Program-made: the position numbers and the translations under genes
Source: Azolla caroliniana
Taxonomy: Eukaryota; Plantae; Polypodiophyta
Direction: 5' to 3'
Assembly: GCA_043228905.1 (NCBI GenBank)
Contig: JBHGNT010000014.1
Coordinates: forward strand, 4,278,001-4,342,000
Length of the DNA: 64,000 bases
The notes under the pieces: generated by a model
What the model was told of the DNA's origin: nothing
The model's input: only the letters and a program-made list of their open reading frames with translations
Database searches by the model: none
Shown: positions 58,589 to 64,000 of the stretch, piece after piece
Position numbering within the stretch: the first letter of the stretch is position 1
Layout: each line of letters begins with the position of its first letter

Positions 58589-61500
58589 TGTAAAGAATCA
58601 AGAGATGGATTCTTGTGAAGCGGAAGAGATATGAGTTATGTGTGTGTATGAGAGAGAGTGTGTGTGTGTGTGTGAGAGACAAGGAATACGCAAGGTAAAA
58701 GTATATTGACAAAGGAGAAAGACTCAACATTATACAAAGTGGGAGGAGGGTGCTTTATGTAGTCACCCTCTCTCTTCATTAACTACAAGACTCATGGAGC
58801 ATGGGGAATATGAAAGCTCATAAGTTATGTGTCATAGAATATGATTCTATGACTCATACTAAATGCTAGAATACAAAGTGGTGACATAATGGTGACTCTT
58901 GACCGTTGGAGTGTCTCTTCACTCTCAAGGTGAGTTCACACACTAGACCAAGTTGAGCTTGATTCTCAACACGCCCCCTCAAGCTCAAGTCGGGTCGATT
59001 TCAGACGGTATCCGAAATCCGCTTCAACTCGTGTTCCGGAGTCCGCGTCGGCTCGCTTTATGCGGAGTTGTGGAACCCGTGCTCCAGCTTGCGTTGTGCG
59101 TAGTTACGAAATCTGTGCTTCGGCTTGTGTCTTTCTTCGCGTCTTTGCGCGGTAGATCGTCTCTTCACTGCTTTGTTGCGTGGTTGCGGAATCCACGCGT
59201 TATTGCGTAGTGTCTTCAGTACTCCCCCTCACGCTTGGCAGGTCAGGGATCGTCAATCCGAGATCGGTCATGAATTGCCATAGCTTGTCGGCTCCTAAGG
59301 CTTTAATGAAGATGTCGTCCGTTTGAAGATTGGTGTTAATGTGTTGTAGGTCGACATCGCCAGCCAGAACGCGCTCTTGGATGAAGTGATAGTGCACTTC
59401 GATGTGCTTTGTCCGCGCATGGAACACAGGGTTCCGAGCCAGATAGATACTGCTCATGTTGTCGTAGTAAAGGGAAGTCGGATTCTTTATGGGTACGCCC
59501 AGATCCTTCAAAATCCTCTTGAGCCATACGGCTTCACATGCACCTACGGTTGCGCCCCTATATTCCGCCTCTGTACTGGAAAGAGCGACGGTAGGCTGCT
59601 TCTTGCTACTCCAAGATATTGCTCCGCTGCCGAAGGAGAAAACAAATCCGGAGGTTGATCTTCTATCGGCTTTGTAGCTGGCCCAATCGGCGTCTGTGTA
59701 CCCCTCGAGTCGTATTGGCATCGCGGTCTTGTAGAGGATGCCGCAATCCATTGTGACGCTCACGTATCGTAGAACTCGCTTAGCGCAATCCAAGTGAGTA
59801 TCACACGGTGTTTGCATGAATTGGCTAAGGAGACTGACCGGATAACTGAGATTGGGTCGAGTGATCGTGAGGTAAATGAGACTCCCGATGAGTTGCCAAT
59901 ACTGAGTCGGATCACATGCTTTGGTGCTAGAGTTTGCATCTAGTTTGAGATTACAATCGAGCGGGGTTGCCACGGATTTGCACTCAGCCATCCCGAACTT
60001 GTATAACAAGTTGAGGATGTAGTGTCGTTGAGAGATCATGATTCCGGCCGAAGTCCAAATTACCTCGATGCCGAGGAAGTAGTGGAGCTCCTTCATGTCC
60101 GTCATCTCGAACTTGTCGGAAATGAGGGATTTGACTTTATTGATTTCGACGAGATGCTCACCTCCAATGATTAGGTCATCCACATATAAAATGATGACGA
60201 TCGGACTTGCGGAATTGCTTCGTATGTAGAGGGAGTTGTCCGATTTTAACATACGGAAGCCGATTTGATGAAGATATTGCGTTATCTTCGAATGCCAAGC
60301 ACACGGTGCTTGCTTGAGGCCATAGAGTGGCTTCTTGAGTCGGCAAACCGCTTTCAGATGGGTGCTCGATTTGAAGCCGGGTGGTTGGATCATGTACACC
60401 TCCTCTTCTAATTCGCCTTGTAGAAAGGCGTTCTTCACGTCCATTTGATGGAGGTGCCACCCTTTCGCCGCGGCAATCGCAATTACGATCCGCACCGTCG
60501 TCATCTTTGCCACTGGGGCAAAGGTCTCTTCGTAGTCGACGCCATGCGTCTAAGCGTATCCGTTCGCTACGAGTCGAGCTTTGTAGCGGTTTACGGAGCC
60601 ATCGGCGTTATACTTCACCTTGTAGATCCATCTGCATCCGATCTCCTTTTTGTGTGGTGAGGTGGGAACGAGATCCCACGTCTCGTTCTTCCGCAGTGCT
60701 TGCATCTCCTCGTTCATTGCTTCAATCCATCGCGGGTCCTTCGCAGCTTCCGAAAAAGTTTCCGGCTCCCGTACTGTCGCTACCTTCATCATAAAGGCAT
60801 AATGGTACGGCATATAATCGTTGTAGCCAAAACGGCTTACGGGGTTCTTTTCACGAGTAGATCAATGGAGTTTTTCATTTGCAGAGATGAGGGCTTTCTT
60901 AGCTCCGATTGGTACATCGAAGCCATCGAACTCACTGTCGAGTGAGTGAGTCGATTCATCGTCGTCGAAGCAATCGTCTTCGTATTCTGCCATTTTCGCC
61001 TTGCCTTTGTCCATCTTCGGGCTAGGCCGTGATGTGCTTTGATCGCTCAAAGGCTCTTGTGGTCCGCTCAGTCGGGTCGTGATCGGACTTTCTTCGATCA
61101 TACGCGTAGGGCGATCTTCATCCTCGATCTCTTGTTTGGCAGATTCCGGGTCGAGTGGAGTCGGAGGCGAAGTTGTCTCTGGTGCGTACCAGGATGCGAA
61201 CTCGTCAAAAACGACGTCTCCACTTACTCGAGATTTTCGAGTTGAGGGGTTATAGCACTTGTACCCCTTTTGCTCCAATGAGTATCCTACGAGGATACAT
61301 TTCTCCGACTTCGGGTCGAGCTATTGACGCTTCTCGTCGGGGATGTGTACGTACGCAATGGGGCCAAATATCCAAACATGTGATAGGTTCGGCTTCTTTC
61401 CAAAGAATCTTTCGTGCGGAGTGACCTCGTGCACGCCGGATGTTGTGCACCGGTTCATTAGGTAGACGGCCGTATTTGCAGCTTCGGCCCAATATGACTT

Positions 61501-64000
61501 GGGCATATGCTTCTCGTTCATCATGGCCCGCGCTACTTCGAGCATGTGCCGATTTTTGCGCTCGTCTACTCCGTTTTGTTGTGGAGTGTGTCAGCAAGTG
61601 AATTCTCGCCGAATTCCTTCCTTTCGGAGATATGCCTTGAAGTCGTCCGAGAAGTACTCCTTGCCGCCATCCGATCGAAGACAACGTACATGTCGGCCCT
61701 TGGCTTTCTCGACTTCATTCTTGAATGTTTGGAAGTGTCCGAACACTTCGCTCTTTTGCCGCATCAGGTAGATCCAAGTGTACCTAGAGAAGTCGTCGAT
61801 GAAGAGCACGTAATATCGGCATCCGCCGAATGTAGCCATCTGCGCCGGTCCCCATACGTCGGAATGGACTACATCAAGTAGACCTTTGCTCACGTTCCGC
61901 TCTTTCAGGAATGGGTGTTGGTGTTGCTTGCCGAATTGGCACGCTTCGCATACACCTTCAATCTCCTTCTCTTTGATTGTCGGGAGTCCGATGACGACTC
62001 CTTTCGATTTCATTGCTTTGAGTTTGTTGAGATTGATGTGCCCGATTCGCTCGTGCCATACCTCTATGTCGGAGTCGGCTTTCGTGCTTTTCGCGAACAT
62101 GGCGGATTTCATCTCATGTGAATCGAGAATGAACATCCGGCCCTCTCTTCTTCCGCGTGCGATGATTCGGCCTTCTTTTTTGATGAAGCACCCTTCTTGA
62201 TCGAATCGTACTTGCATCCCTTGCTCAACCATTTGGCCGACCGAGACCAAATTCTTCGTGATGGTGGGAACATGCAAGACATTTTTAATGTATGTTTGCT
62301 TACCTCTTTCGCCGAACGGGACATTGCCGATGTGCCGAATCGGGTGCGTAGTGTCATCTCCGGTTTCGACATAACCGGGTCGCTCCGGCTTTCGAAGTTC
62401 GAGAAACCATTCTTTATGGGATGTCATATGGTTTGAGGCTCCGGAGTCTACAAACCATACGTCCTCCGGATTGAGGGCACTAGTTGAGGTAGAGGCCGAC
62501 ATAGAGTTTGCTCTATGTTTCATCATGAACATTCCGCCACGGTCGGAGTTGCATGCATACATTCCGCCACGATCTTCGTAGTCGGAATTGTGTGCGTAAT
62601 TCGTGAGTTGTCGGCTTGTGGAAGCCGATTCACACATCTTCTTTCGGCAGTCTTCTTCGTGGTGGCCGAGCTTTCCGCAATATCCGCATTCGGTTGCGTT
62701 TTGATGGCTCGGGTCGGAGTGGAAGCTCCCCTTTCTTGCGAAGGTTCCTCATTGGCCTCCATTTTGCAGCCGAAATTGGGAGTTGTTGTCGTAGGTCGGA
62801 CCTCGTCCGCCTTGTCCTTGGCCGAATCGGCCTCTCGCTCGTCCGCGGCCTCTTCCTCCATTAGAGTGCGTGTAGCGCATGTGGCCTTCCGACTCATTGC
62901 TCCTTGTACACACATGGTTTTCTTTGACCAATAGCATCGATTGGAGCTTGAAGAAGGAGGGAAACTTCTCACATGCTAGAACGGCGGTTCGCATCACGCC
63001 GAACCGTGGTGCGAGGCCACCGAGGCATATTTGCACCATCTCATCATCATCTATACTTACGCTTATTGAGCCGAGCGATTCGCAAAGCTCCTTGATCTTC
63101 AAGGTGTATGTCGTGATGGACATGTCCCTTTGTTGAATGTTGTTCAACTCTTGGCGGAGTTGAAGCTTCCTCGCGGTCGTGTTGGCGGCGAAAATCTTTC
63201 GTAGATTTTCCCACGCTTCCTTCGGCGTCTTGGCTTCTCGAATGTAACCGAGCATGTGATCGTGAACACATGTCGCCAAGCAATACATCACGTGGCTTGC
63301 GGCTTGCTCCCATGTCGCGTATCCGGGAGCCGCTTCGGCGGGTCGGTCTTCATGCGCTCCTTTGATGTAGCTCCAATAGCCTTGTCCGACAAGGTATTGG
63401 TGCATCTTGTACTCAAAAGATGTGAAGTTGTTTCGATCCAACTTTTCGGTAGGGAGAGCACTCCCCATTTGAGTATTCATTATGTCAATTCTTCTTCTTC
63501 TTCTTCTTCTCTCTTCGAATGAGAGCTATGTAGCGAAGCTACGATAGCTATGAGCCGGTTCTTGGTCATCGGCGTAGAACACAACACACGATCACGATGA
63601 GGCAAATGGGCTAGATCAAGCTACCAAATCGCTATGATACCATGTAAAGAATCAAGAGATGGATTCTTGTGAAGCGAAAGAGATATGAGTTATGTGTGTG
63701 TATGAGAGAGAGAGAGTGAGTGAGTGAGAGAGACAAGGAATATGCAAGGTAAAACTATATTGACAAAGGAGAAAGACTCAACATTATACAAAGTGGGAGG
63801 AGGGTGCTTTATGTATTCACCCTCTCTCTTCATTAACTACAAGACTCATGGAGCATGGGGAATGTGAAAGCTCATAAGTTATGTGCCATAGAATATGATT
63901 CTATGACTCATACTAAATGCTAGAATACAAAGTGGTGACATAATGGTGACTCTTGACAGTTGGAGTGTCTCTTCACTCTCAAGGTGAGTTCACACACTAG
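58589..64000 (-). mobile_element. Near full-length Ty1/Copia, lightly decayed; 5' LTR runs off the window
   Basis: 3' LTR 58589-58971, 5' LTR 63643->64000, PBS 63631-63642 (TGGTATCATAGC), PPT 58972-58980. Confidence 0.94.
59200..63480 (-). pseudogene. Copia gag-pol with a few stops and frameshifts
   Basis: Gag 62749-63480, PR/IN 61591-62637 (WFVDSGASNHM, HSDVWGP, RSDGGKEY), RT/RH 59200-60513 (YVDDL, YTDADW). Confidence 0.93.

Overview
This is eukaryotic, plant-type repetitive DNA with no recognisable host gene. The window is almost entirely a deeply nested cluster of LTR retrotransposons. A Tcn1-type chromodomain suggests a non-seed plant, but that is inference. It holds one young, apparently intact Ty1/Copia (10569-16008, 468-bp LTRs with 3 differences, CTATA TSD, open ~1448-aa polyprotein). 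It also holds about eight decayed Copia copies, two non-chromovirus Ty3/Gypsy remnants (one followed by a large extra ORF), solo LTRs and a rearranged chromovirus relic. The most unusual component is a family of gag-only LTR elements. They have a tRNA-Trp primer site, 4-bp target duplications centred on CG, and LTR bodies that look swapped or captured from other elements. Other notable signals are tRNA-shaped A-box/B-box cassettes inside LTRs, a conserved stem enclosing the Copia PPT/LTR junction, and a telo-box tandem array inside an LTR. All alignments and counts were made by eye, so unanchored boundaries are approximate.
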